Shown here one piece after another: positions 44,540 to 56,883 of a DNA stretch of 64,000 nt. A program made the translations under genes and the position numbers. The stretch's first letter is position 1. Each line of letters starts with the position of its first letter. The notes under the pieces were generated by a model that was given only the letters and a program-made list of their open reading frames with translations, was not told the origin of the DNA and did not search any database. The stretch is from an uncultured Enterobacterales bacterium (GTDB taxonomy: Bacteria > Myxococcota_A > UBA796 > JAFGLY01), in NCBI GenBank assembly GCA_964512185.1, contig CAZEJJ010000016.1, positions 64-64,063 of the forward strand, written 5' to 3'.

Positions 44540-44583
44540 CGCTTACGCTTGATCCTGCTGGGCTGATAGGTCCTCTTACTCAA
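44425..44583 (-). CDS. rpmH: 50S ribosomal protein L34
   Basis: TTG start; [42 protein letters not shown]. Confidence 0.95.
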   Translation of the reverse strand: MSKRTYQPSRIKRKRCHGFRARMRTAGGRKIIARRRTKGRQRLVVTVPSKGR

Positions 44584-44909
44584 AGCTGCCTCCCGGGCCC
44601 GCCTCTGGAAGATTGCGGCTGCCGTGTTCGATGGTAGGGCAGCCTGCTGAAAGGGCGCTGCTACCGAGCGGCCGCCGTCATATCCCCGCGCTCGCCCGCG
44701 GTCAAGGCAGGCGCGGATCGACACCCCGCTCGACCGGGCAGGCAGCGCGAGCAGCAGCGCCCCTGAGGTCCACCACCCCTGGAGACACCTTGTCCCCATC
44801 TCCCCTTGCTGCTACCGTGGGCGGACGCCTCAACGAGCCTCCAGTTCCTTCTCCCTCCATCAGCCGACCGAATCCATTACCGTGGTTTCAAGGTTTATAT
44901 TAGGTTCCC

Positions 44910-46301
44910 ATGCAGGATCTCTGGAACCGCGTCCGCGACATCCTCGCCGAGCACATCAGTCCTAGCAATCTCGACGTGTGGCTGAGCGAGGTTCGCATCC
45001 TCAAGGTCCGGGACAGCGAGGTCCTGCTGGAGGTACCCAATCGCTTCCACCGCGACTGGATCATGGACAACTACCAGGACGCGATGAAGAAGGCCTTCAG
45101 CACGGTGCTGGGCGGCAATGTGGGCATCCGTATCAGCCTGCAGGCCGAGGAGAAGCCTGCTCCCATCGCGCCCGCCATCGAGCGCCCGGCGGACAGGCAT
45201 CTCTCCCCCGACCGTGAGCCCGCGAGCGAGACAGCTCCCCTCGGGCCCGCCGGCTCCGACAACGGCCCGCTGGGCTGGCGAGGGCGGCCACACCCAGAGA
45301 AGACCTTCGACAATTTCGTGGTCGGCGCCTGCAACGAATTCGCCCACGGTGCCGCCCAGGCCGTAGCCGACTTCCCAGGGGGACAGTACAACCCCTTGTT
45401 CATGTACGGAGGCACCGGCCTGGGCAAGACCCACCTGCTGCACTCCATCGGCAACCGGATCCTCCACCAGGAGCCCTCTGCGCGCATCTGCTACGTCACC
45501 GCCGAGCAGTTCATGAACGAGATGATCACGGCCATCCGCTACAAGCGCACCCAGGAATTCCGCGAGCGCTACCGCAGCCGCTCCGATGCCCTGCTCATCG
45601 ATGACATCCAGTTTCTTGGCGGCAAGCGAGGCACCCAGGAAGAGTTCTTCCACACCTTCGAGGCCTTGCAGAACGCCGGCCGCCAGATCGTCATGACGGC
45701 CGATATGCTGCCTCGAGACATCGAAGGCCTCGAAGAGCGCCTGCGCACCCGTTTCTCGGGCGGTCTCGAGGTGGACCTGCAGCCCCCCGACCTGGAGACC
45801 ATGCTGGCCATTCTGCACAAGAAGGCCGAAGAGCTGGGCCTGCTGGTGCCCGGCGACGCGGCCCTGTTCATCGCGGGCGGGGTCAGGGGCAACATCCGCG
45901 AGCTCGAAGGCGCGCTCAAGCGGCTGGCGGCCATCACCGCCATGTACGGCGAGCCGATCACCCTCGAGACGACCCGCAAGCGGCTGGCGCACCTGATCGT
46001 ACCCGAAAACCCCATCATCACGCCCGACCAGATCATCAAGACCGTCGCTCGAATGCACAACGTCAAGACAGCCGACGTCCTGGGCCCGTCCCACCAGAAG
46101 CGCCTGGTCCGGCCCCGCCACATCGCCATCTTCCTGATCCGCGAGCGCACCAACCTGTCCTTCCCCGACATCGGACGCGCCGTGGGTGGTCGCGACTCCT
46201 CCACCGTCCAGTACGCCTACCGGCGCATCAAGAAGCTGCGGGAGAAAGATCCGGACATGCAGGCCATCATCGAGCTGCTCGAAAAAAACCTGCATGCCTG
46301 A
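44910..46301 (+). CDS. dnaA: Chromosomal replication initiator DnaA
   Basis: FDNFVVG, YNPLFMYGGTGLGKTHLL, LLIDDIQF, RLRTRFSGGL, NIRELEGAL, domain IV GGRDSSTV. Confidence 0.97.
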   Translation: MQDLWNRVRDILAEHISPSNLDVWLSEVRILKVRDSEVLLEVPNRFHRDWIMDNYQDAMKKAFSTVLGGNVGIRISLQAEEKPAPIAPAIERPADRHLSPDREPASETAPLGPAGSDNGPLGWRGRPHPEKTFDNFVVGACNEFAHGAAQAVADFPGGQYNPLFMYGGTGLGKTHLLHSIGNRILHQEPSARICYVTAEQFMNEMITAIRYKRTQEFRERYRSRSDALLIDDIQFLGGKRGTQEEFFHTFEALQNAGRQIVMTADMLPRDIEGLEERLRTRFSGGLEVDLQPPDLETMLAILHKKAEELGLLVPGDAALFIAGGVRGNIRELEGALKRLAAITAMYGEPITLETTRKRLAHLIVPENPIITPDQIIKTVARMHNVKTADVLGPSHQKRLVRPRHIAIFLIRERTNLSFPDIGRAVGGRDSSTVQYAYRRIKKLREKDPDMQAIIELLEKNLHA

Positions 46302-46662
46302 TCCTGCCCTTCACGGTCCGAGCTGTGGAATTCCCGATGGAATTCCCTGTGGAATGACCGGTGAATTCCCTGTGGACCGACCTGTGGAACACCCAGCCCC
46401 ACCGGCTCCAACCTCAAACCTCCCATGGATCCAGGTCTGTATCGGGAGCCGCTTCCACTGGTTTCCCAGATCAGAGAATACCTTTCAAGCCTGATATCGG
46501 GATTTTCCACTTTTCCATCAGGCATACTGTGTTCTACTAGCAATTGAACAACAGGATCTTCTTCTTATTGAAGTGACGAAGGCTGGCTGCCAGTCCGCTG
46601 CTACCAGTGGCCGCAGGGCCCCCTGCGCGGCTATGAAGCAACGAAACACAGGGAGCGAATCC
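46302..46662. promoter_or_regulatory. Putative oriC (dnaA-dnaN intergenic region) with variant DnaA boxes and an AT-rich segment
   Basis: TGTGGAA-like motifs at 46324, 46336, 46348, 46371 and 46383 (degenerate copy at 46360); reverse-strand TTCCAC/TTCCAT at ~46451-46519; AT-rich ~46524-46572. Confidence 0.75.
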
Positions 46663-47781
46663 ATGGACCTGTACATCACGCAAGAGGAACTCGCGCGCGC
46701 CCTCGGCGCAGTGCAGGGTGTGGTGGAGCGACGCAGCAACCACCAGGTCCTGGCTCACGCGCTGCTCACCGCGCGGGATGGCCAGCTGCAGGTGATGGCC
46801 ACCGACACCGAGCTCACCGTCGTGCACCGCTACCCCGCTGAGGTGGCGGATCATGGCAGCGTCTCGGTCAACGCGGCGCACCTGTTCCAGGTGGCCAGGA
46901 ACCTGCCCGATCGCGCCGTGCATCTGGTGGGCGAAGCCAACCACGCGCTGGTGGTGGACGCCCCTCCGGCCCACTTCCGGCTGGTGGGCCTGCCGCCAGA
47001 CGAGTACCCCCCGCTGCCATCCTTCGAGTCCGCCGCCAGCATGGTGGTCAAGGCCGAAGACCTGCGGCGGATCATCGACCGCACCGTCTTCGCCATCCCA
47101 ACCGACGACCAACGCTATGGCCTCAACGGTGGGCACCTCGAGAGCGTGGAGGACCTCGAGGGCACGCCCGTCGCACGGCTGGTGACCACCGACGGAAGCC
47201 GCCTGTGCTACTCCGGCGCTCCGTTCCAGGGTGAGTTCGGCATGGGTCATCACATGCTGGTACCTCGCAAGGCCCTGCTCGAGGTCCGCCGCATGTTGGA
47301 GCAACCCGAAGCCGAGGTGGCGATCGCCTTCGGCGATCGGGCGGCCACCTTCACCGTGGGCAGCTCCATGCTGCATACCCGCCTGGTGGACGGTGAATTC
47401 CCCGCCTACCGCTCCGTTCTTCCGCAGAACTACCTGCGGCGTGCCGTGGTCAACCGGGGCGCCTTCCGCGACGCTCTGCGGCGCGTGGCCCTCGAGGCCA
47501 TCGACCAGGCCAGCACCATCCGCATGAGCTTCGGGTCCGATGAGGTCCTTGTCACCTCCCGCGGCATCGACCACGGTGAGGCAAAGCACCCGGTAGCCGT
47601 GGCCTTCGAAGGGGAGCCCATCGAGATGGGCTTCAACGTCCGCTACTTCCTCGAGGTGGTCAACTGCCTCGAAGACGACGAGCTGGTGCTGGAGATGGGC
47701 GAGCCCTTGTCGCCTTGCATGGTGCGCTCGCCTTCCGACGAAGCCTCCCTCTTCATCATCATGCCCATCCGGCTCGACTAG
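46663..47781 (+). CDS. dnaN: DNA polymerase III beta sliding clamp
   Basis: MATDTEL, RYGLNG, VTTDGSRL, RLVDGEFPAY, GFNVRYF, IIMPIRL. Confidence 0.95.
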   Translation: MDLYITQEELARALGAVQGVVERRSNHQVLAHALLTARDGQLQVMATDTELTVVHRYPAEVADHGSVSVNAAHLFQVARNLPDRAVHLVGEANHALVVDAPPAHFRLVGLPPDEYPPLPSFESAASMVVKAEDLRRIIDRTVFAIPTDDQRYGLNGGHLESVEDLEGTPVARLVTTDGSRLCYSGAPFQGEFGMGHHMLVPRKALLEVRRMLEQPEAEVAIAFGDRAATFTVGSSMLHTRLVDGEFPAYRSVLPQNYLRRAVVNRGAFRDALRRVALEAIDQASTIRMSFGSDEVLVTSRGIDHGEAKHPVAVAFEGEPIEMGFNVRYFLEVVNCLEDDELVLEMGEPLSPCMVRSPSDEASLFIIMPIRLD

Positions 47782-48006
47782 GAGCCTGTAGTGCATACCT
47801 CATCCGCTGCGCGGCCCGATCCGATGGCGCCTGCGGGCCCGGCTTTCATCGCCCACATTGACGTGCTGAAAGCACGCCTTCAGCCGACGATACTGCGCCG
47901 GACCCCCATCCGCGGTCGCCTCGAGCCGCTCGCCAGGATTCGGCACCGGCGTCACGGATCCCTGCGTTCGCAGGGTCCGCGCCGCCTATGCCCTACAGGC
48001 TCCTAG
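47778..48006. mobile_element. MITE-like element family B with 20-bp terminal inverted repeats
   Basis: Left CTAGGAGCCTGTAGTGCATA and right TATGCCCTACAGGCTCCTAG (19/20 match); the left CTAG contains the dnaN stop codon. Confidence 0.8.
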
Positions 48007-48037
48007 GAGCCCTCCAGCGCTGGGAGCCAGCAGCCGA

Positions 48038-51683
<3,646 letters not shown>

Positions 51684-51693
51684 ACCGCTCCTC

Positions 51694-52659
51694 ATGGTAG
51701 ACCTCGAACGGCTGCTCGCCGCCCGGTTGCTCTTCGTCACGGGCAAGGGGGGGACGGGAAAGACCACCCTGGCGCTGGCCTTCGGTCAGGCCATGGCCGG
51801 CCGCGGACGCAGCGTGATCGTGGTGGAGGTGGACAACCACAGCCCCTCTTTCACCGACTACTACGGCACGGTCCCAGCCTACGAACCCGTGGGGGTGGCT
51901 CCTGGGCTGGCGGTGGCCAACATCACCTGGATGGAAGCCCTGGTGGAGTGGCTGGGGCGCTTCGTGCCGGTGCAGCGCGTGGTGCGGCTCATCCTGGGCA
52001 ACCGCATGGTGAGCATCTTCCTCGACGTCACCCCCGGCTCACGCGAGGTGGTCATCTTCGGCAGGCTGGTGCACCTGCTCGAGAGCTTCGACACCGTCGT
52101 GGTGGACATGCCCGCCTCGGGCCACGCCGTGTCCTTCTTCAAGGTCTTCTTCAAGTCCGCCCACCTGTTCCCTGCCGGGCCGGTGCGTCGCAGCATCGAC
52201 CAGGCCCACGACACCCTCGTGGATCCCGACACCCACGTGGTGCTGGCCTCGCTGCCAGAAGAGATGGTGGTCAACGAGACCATCGAGACCTGGGAGAAGC
52301 TGCGGGAGTTCTCGCCGCGCCTCTCCTTGCCCCTCGTGCTGCTCAACCAGGGCATGGTGCCCAGCATGAGCCAGGCCGAGCGCTCGCTGCTGGAGCGCTT
52401 GGCGGCGGACACCGGCCACGGCTCCGGCCAGGCCACCGATTGTCTCGAGGCCGAGCTCGTCCGGGCGGGTCACTGGGAGGCTGATCGCGAACGTGACACC
52501 GGCCTGGCCATCGCCCGGCTGGGGGAAGAGACGGGCATGGAGCTCCTCGTCGCGCCCCTGATGGGAGCGGCGGGCTCCCCCTCTGCGCGCGTCCAGCGTA
52601 TGCAGGCCCTGCTGTTGCGGGCCGCTGGGCAGCGAGCCCGCCGTGGAGCCAGCTCTTGA
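51694..52659 (+). CDS. ArsA/Get3-family ATPase (first of pair)
   Basis: FVTGKGGTGKTT, VVVDMPASGH, LPEEMVVNET. Confidence 0.85.
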   Translation: MVDLERLLAARLLFVTGKGGTGKTTLALAFGQAMAGRGRSVIVVEVDNHSPSFTDYYGTVPAYEPVGVAPGLAVANITWMEALVEWLGRFVPVQRVVRLILGNRMVSIFLDVTPGSREVVIFGRLVHLLESFDTVVVDMPASGHAVSFFKVFFKSAHLFPAGPVRRSIDQAHDTLVDPDTHVVLASLPEEMVVNETIETWEKLREFSPRLSLPLVLLNQGMVPSMSQAERSLLERLAADTGHGSGQATDCLEAELVRAGHWEADRERDTGLAIARLGEETGMELLVAPLMGAAGSPSARVQRMQALLLRAAGQRARRGASS

Positions 52660-53879
52660 GCTCCACCGAGACCCCCGCCCAGTCCTCCCCCCCGAGGGCA
52701 CCCGCCGGCAGCATCGAGGCCTTGATCCGCGAGCGCGCCATCATCGTCTGTGTGGGCTCTGGGGGTGTGGGCAAGACCACCAGCGCCGCCGCCATCGGCC
52801 TCGAAGCCGCCATGCGCGGACGTCGCGTGCTCGTGCTCACCATCGATCCAGCGCGGCGCCTGGCCAACGCGTTGGGCCTGCCCTCCTTCGGCAACGAAGA
52901 GCGCCGCATCGAGCTTCCAGATGCCGCTCCCGGCGGCGAGCTGCATGCGGTCATGCTGGACACGCGGGCCACCTTCGACGGCGTGGTCAACCGGCTCTCC
53001 CCCGACGACGACACCCGGGAGCGCATCCTCAACAACCGCATCTACCGGGTCATCGCCGACAATTTCGCGGGCAGCCAGGAGTACATGGCCACCGAGCGGC
53101 TCTACGATGTGCACGCCTCGGGGCGCTACGATCTGATCGTGCTCGACACACCTCCGGTCAAGAACGCCCTGGACTTCATCGAGGCGCCCGGTCGCCTGGC
53201 GCGTTTTCTGGACCGGCAGATCATGCGCTGGTTCCTCACCCCCTATGACGAGAAGCGCGTCTTTGGTCGTGTCCTCGTGGGCACTTCGGGGGTGGTCTTC
53301 CGCCTGATCGGGATGATCTTCGGCCGCGAGTTTCTCGACGAGCTGTCCGCCTTCTTCATCGCTTTCCGAGAGCTGATCGACGGCTTTCACCAGCGCCACG
53401 AGGCCGTGCAGGCGCTGTTCGCCGATCCTGGCACCGCCTTCGTCGTGATCTCCGCTCCCAACGACGCCTCGGTAGAGGTGGCCCGCTTCTTCTGTGACGA
53501 GCTGCGGGCACGGGGCCTGCCCCTCGAAGGCTTCGTGGTCAACCAGATCCATCGCTGCTCCGCCGTGGCGCTCTCCGCCCGGGAGCTGATGGGTGCCCGC
53601 GCCGAGCGGCTGGCGCAGGATCTCCCACCTTTCACAGCCGCCTCTCTGCTGGCTCGCCTCGAAGCCGCCCACCGCCGCCTGCGTGCCGTGTCACAGGAAG
53701 AGCAGCCCTTCCTCGAACAGGTCCACGCCCTGGCCGACAGGCCTCCCAGCCAGGAACCAGCGGTGGAGCCCGGCGCCATCTTCGTGCGGGAGGTCCCCCT
53801 GCTCGACCAACCCATCCGCGACATGTCGGGTCTGCTGGCCCTGGATCGGCACCTGTTCTCAAGGCGAGCACAGGGCTGA
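52656..53879 (+). CDS. ArsA/Get3-family ATPase (second of pair)
   Basis: CVGSGGVGKTT, TIDPARRLA, GSQEYMA, VLDTPP; TTGA overlap. Confidence 0.88.
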   Translation: MSSTETPAQSSPPRAPAGSIEALIRERAIIVCVGSGGVGKTTSAAAIGLEAAMRGRRVLVLTIDPARRLANALGLPSFGNEERRIELPDAAPGGELHAVMLDTRATFDGVVNRLSPDDDTRERILNNRIYRVIADNFAGSQEYMATERLYDVHASGRYDLIVLDTPPVKNALDFIEAPGRLARFLDRQIMRWFLTPYDEKRVFGRVLVGTSGVVFRLIGMIFGREFLDELSAFFIAFRELIDGFHQRHEAVQALFADPGTAFVVISAPNDASVEVARFFCDELRARGLPLEGFVVNQIHRCSAVALSARELMGARAERLAQDLPPFTAASLLARLEAAHRRLRAVSQEEQPFLEQVHALADRPPSQEPAVEPGAIFVREVPLLDQPIRDMSGLLALDRHLFSRRAQG

Positions 53880-53888
53880 GGCGCTATC

Positions 53889-54545
53889 ATGGGCCCGATT
53901 CACGGACTTCAGGAGTCGTCAGTGTCAGCTCTCTCCAGCAGGTCGCGACCCTCCCTGTCTGGCTTCATCGCTACGCTCGCGCTGCTGCTGGCGACCGTGC
54001 CGACCCCGGCTGCTGCCCAGGCCCTCGACCCCATGAACCGCGTGCACCTCGGGGTGTCCCTCGTAGAGGGGCCGAGCTCCTTCGGTGTCACGGGTGGGCT
54101 CGACTCCAGGCTCACCAAGCTGGTCTTCGTCGATGCAGGTGGCTTCATCTCGCCCCAGCCTCTGCCCTCCGATGCCCTCGAAAGCGGCACCCCCGAGACC
54201 GAGGCCATGCGCTTGCGCCACGGCATCTTCATCGCTCCTGGTGTTCGCATCCCCCATGTGCAGCCGCGGGCTTTCAGCTTCGATGTCCTGCCCCGGGGCG
54301 GCGCGGCTGCGGTGTGGGTGGCCGACCTGGCCAGCGACGATCAGGACTACCGCTTCTCCAACGAGGTGGCCGGCTTCGTGGGCGGTGATCTCAACCTGCA
54401 GCGCAACCGCCTGGGCCTGCGCTTGAGCTACCGCCTGCTGTTCTTCGCTCCCTTCATCAACGCCGAGCGGGCCAACGTACCCATGAACACCCCCCTGGCC
54501 TCCCTCGAAGCCCAGTACCAGTTCGGGGGCCAGCAGCGCCGATGA
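53889..54545 (+). CDS. Exported hypothetical protein, probable small outer-membrane beta-barrel
   Basis: Signal peptide (LLLATVPTPAAA), amphipathic strands, terminal aromatic strand LEAQYQF. Confidence 0.5.
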   Translation: MGPIHGLQESSVSALSSRSRPSLSGFIATLALLLATVPTPAAAQALDPMNRVHLGVSLVEGPSSFGVTGGLDSRLTKLVFVDAGGFISPQPLPSDALESGTPETEAMRLRHGIFIAPGVRIPHVQPRAFSFDVLPRGGAAAVWVADLASDDQDYRFSNEVAGFVGGDLNLQRNRLGLRLSYRLLFFAPFINAERANVPMNTPLASLEAQYQFGGQQRR

Positions 54546-55864
54546 TCCCCCCTGCCCCCATCTTGGCAGCTCTCCAGCCCTGCAGCCTGCTGCAGGGCTG
54601 GCAGGTGACTGCGGGTCCCCGAGCGGGGCGCTGGCGCACCCTCGCGGCGCGCAGGCTGCCCCTGGCCCTGGCGGCCCTGGGCCTGACCAGCTGCGGCGCC
54701 GAACGGCATGCCGGCTTGCTGCCCACCGTGGTGAGCGTGGTCACCCGCATGGAACCCCGCGGCTACCTGAGCCTGCTGGTGGATCTCAACGCCCCTCGCC
54801 AGCGCCCCACCCTGCGGGTGGCTCCCGGCCTGGTGGCCTACGACGGGCAGAACCTCGTGGAGGTGCAGCCCATCGCCCGCATCGATGAGGATCTGGGTCC
54901 CACCTGGGAGCTGCTGGTGAGTGACCTGCAGAGCGGTGATGAGCGGCTCCTCCCCGTGGCTCGTGGAGCCGAGGTGCACGGAGGGCTGGAGGTGGTGCAC
55001 CTGCTGGAGCGCAGCGTCGTGATGCGCAACCAGGCGGCTGATGGCAGCAGCCAGTGGCGCGAGGTGGATCTGTCCGGAGGGGGTCAGAAGACCCTCGCGG
55101 AGGCAGAAGGCACCAGCCGTTTCGAGTGCTACGGGCCCGACCGGGGCTTCACCATCTACCTGGATGGACAGCGGCTCATGCTGGCGCTGCCCCACGGCAA
55201 CTCCGAAGAAGCGCTGCCCCTGCTGGACCAGGTGGCCGGTGTGGTGTCGGTCAACTGGGTGGCCGAGAGCATGTTCCCCACCTTCGTCGACCAGGCGCTC
55301 GACGGGCGCTTCAAGATGGCGGGCTCCCTCCAGGCCATGGCCCGGGAGTCCACCGTGGACGGCGACCTGCGGGAGTGGGCCCAGGACGTGGCCCTGGGAG
55401 TGGGCTCAGCTGCTCACGTGCAGGAGGGACTGGAGGCCTGGGACAACGAGCGCGATGCCAGCTTCGCGGTGGCCGCGCGGCTCGCTCCCTACGAGCTCTG
55501 CGCTGCTATCCGCGTCCGCGATGACGATCTGCTGCCCGGGCAGGACATCATCGAGGTGGAGACCAACCTCGAGCGCTGGCAGCTGGAGGTCCCCGCCGAG
55601 CCCACAGAGCTGTCGGTGCGCGGATTGCACGCGGCCTTCACCGACCAGGCCAGCTTCGGAGTGGGCGTCGAGCTGTGCCTGCACCCACAGGTGTGGGAGA
55701 CCCGCGATGGCCACGTGCCGTTCAGGGTGATCTACCGGGACGTGGACGAGGACGAGGGCGTCACCATCATCGCGTCAGCACCGGACATCCCCTGGCCCGC
55801 GCTGGCGGGCGTGCGCCTGCCGAGGCGCGGGCGCGAGGGCACGCTGCCACACCGCGACGAGTAG
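54542..55864 (+). CDS. Putative lipoprotein; C-terminal region possibly CBM9/DOMON-like
   Basis: Lipobox LGLTSC; VDGDLREW and AIRVRDDD resemble family-9 CBM-like motifs. Confidence 0.45.
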   Translation: MIPPAPILAALQPCSLLQGWQVTAGPRAGRWRTLAARRLPLALAALGLTSCGAERHAGLLPTVVSVVTRMEPRGYLSLLVDLNAPRQRPTLRVAPGLVAYDGQNLVEVQPIARIDEDLGPTWELLVSDLQSGDERLLPVARGAEVHGGLEVVHLLERSVVMRNQAADGSSQWREVDLSGGGQKTLAEAEGTSRFECYGPDRGFTIYLDGQRLMLALPHGNSEEALPLLDQVAGVVSVNWVAESMFPTFVDQALDGRFKMAGSLQAMARESTVDGDLREWAQDVALGVGSAAHVQEGLEAWDNERDASFAVAARLAPYELCAAIRVRDDDLLPGQDIIEVETNLERWQLEVPAEPTELSVRGLHAAFTDQASFGVGVELCLHPQVWETRDGHVPFRVIYRDVDEDEGVTIIASAPDIPWPALAGVRLPRRGREGTLPHRDE

Positions 55865-55875
55865 GGGGGATCGGG

Positions 55876-56865
55876 TCAGGTGGGGATGGGGCCGTGGGGT
55901 GCCAGCGCCAGGACCAGCACCGCGGCGATGGCGTAGGAGACCACCGTGAGCAGGATGTGCTTGTCGCGCACCAGGATCTCGTCGGGCGCGGCCCCGTCTC
56001 CCCGATCCACCAGGTAGATGTAGCGGAACACGCCGTAGAGCACGAAGGGCATGGTGACCAGCATCCAGGGCGTTGGGGAGCCGAGCACCGTGTACAGCGC
56101 GTAGCTGATGACCGTTCCGCTGGAGGTGATGGACTGGAATTCCCGGATCATGCTCGGGCGGTAGCTGGCCAGGGAGGGCCGCACCTCGGCCAGCTCCTCG
56201 GTGTCGGGATCGTCTCCGTCCGAGATGAGTGCGATCTCACCGCGACGCTTGTTGAAGCCCAGGAACAGCGCCAGGAAGGCGGCACAGAGCAGCAACCAGG
56301 GGCTGATGATCACGTCGATGGCCACCGCGCCCGCCACCGCGCGCCACAGGAAGCCCGCCGTGATCATCATCACGTCCAGGATCACCACGTGCTTGAAGAA
56401 GTAGGAGTAGCTGGTGGTGGTAAGGAAGTAGGCCAGGGTGACCAGCAGGAACTCCCAGCCCAGGGCGCAGGCACAGAGCAGGCCGAGGGCGCCGGCTATG
56501 ACGGCCTCGATGGCGGCGGTACGCACGGGGAGGGCGCCGCTGGCCACCGGCCGCCTGCGCTTGGTGGGGTGGCGGCGATCCGCTTCGCGGTCGTGGATGT
56601 CGTTGAACAGGTAGCCCATGCTGGCCACCAGGCAGAAGGCGGCGAAACCCGCGAGGACCTGACCCCAGGCCACCACGGAGGTGAACTCGTAGGAGAAGAT
56701 CAGGGCCGCGAAGAGCAGGCCGTTCTTGGTCCACTGCTTGGGGCGCAGGGCCTTGACCGCCGGGCCGATGGGCAGGCGGGTGCTCTGCAGGGAGCGATCG
56801 GGTGTGGATGAGACTTCGTTCGTGGTCAAACCAGGGGCCTCTTGTGCTGGGCCAGGGAGCGACAT
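55876..56865 (-). CDS. UbiA-family decaprenyl-phosphate phosphoribosyltransferase (DPPR synthase)-like protein
   Basis: LRPKQWTKN, YLFNDIHDREADRRHPTKRRRPVASG, YSYFFKHVVILDV, LGFNKRRGE, YGVFRY. Confidence 0.88.
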   Translation of the reverse strand: MSLPGPAQEAPGLTTNEVSSTPDRSLQSTRLPIGPAVKALRPKQWTKNGLLFAALIFSYEFTSVVAWGQVLAGFAAFCLVASMGYLFNDIHDREADRRHPTKRRRPVASGALPVRTAAIEAVIAGALGLLCACALGWEFLLVTLAYFLTTTSYSYFFKHVVILDVMMITAGFLWRAVAGAVAIDVIISPWLLLCAAFLALFLGFNKRRGEIALISDGDDPDTEELAEVRPSLASYRPSMIREFQSITSSGTVISYALYTVLGSPTPWMLVTMPFVLYGVFRYIYLVDRGDGAAPDEILVRDKHILLTVVSYAIAAVLVLALAPHGPIPT

Positions 56866-56883
56866 GAGCTTTCCCGAGGGCTG

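Noticed and set aside
46573-46662. N-terminal extension of dnaN given in the ORF track
   Set aside because: It lies in the origin region; ATG 46663 has a GGGAG site and matches the family start
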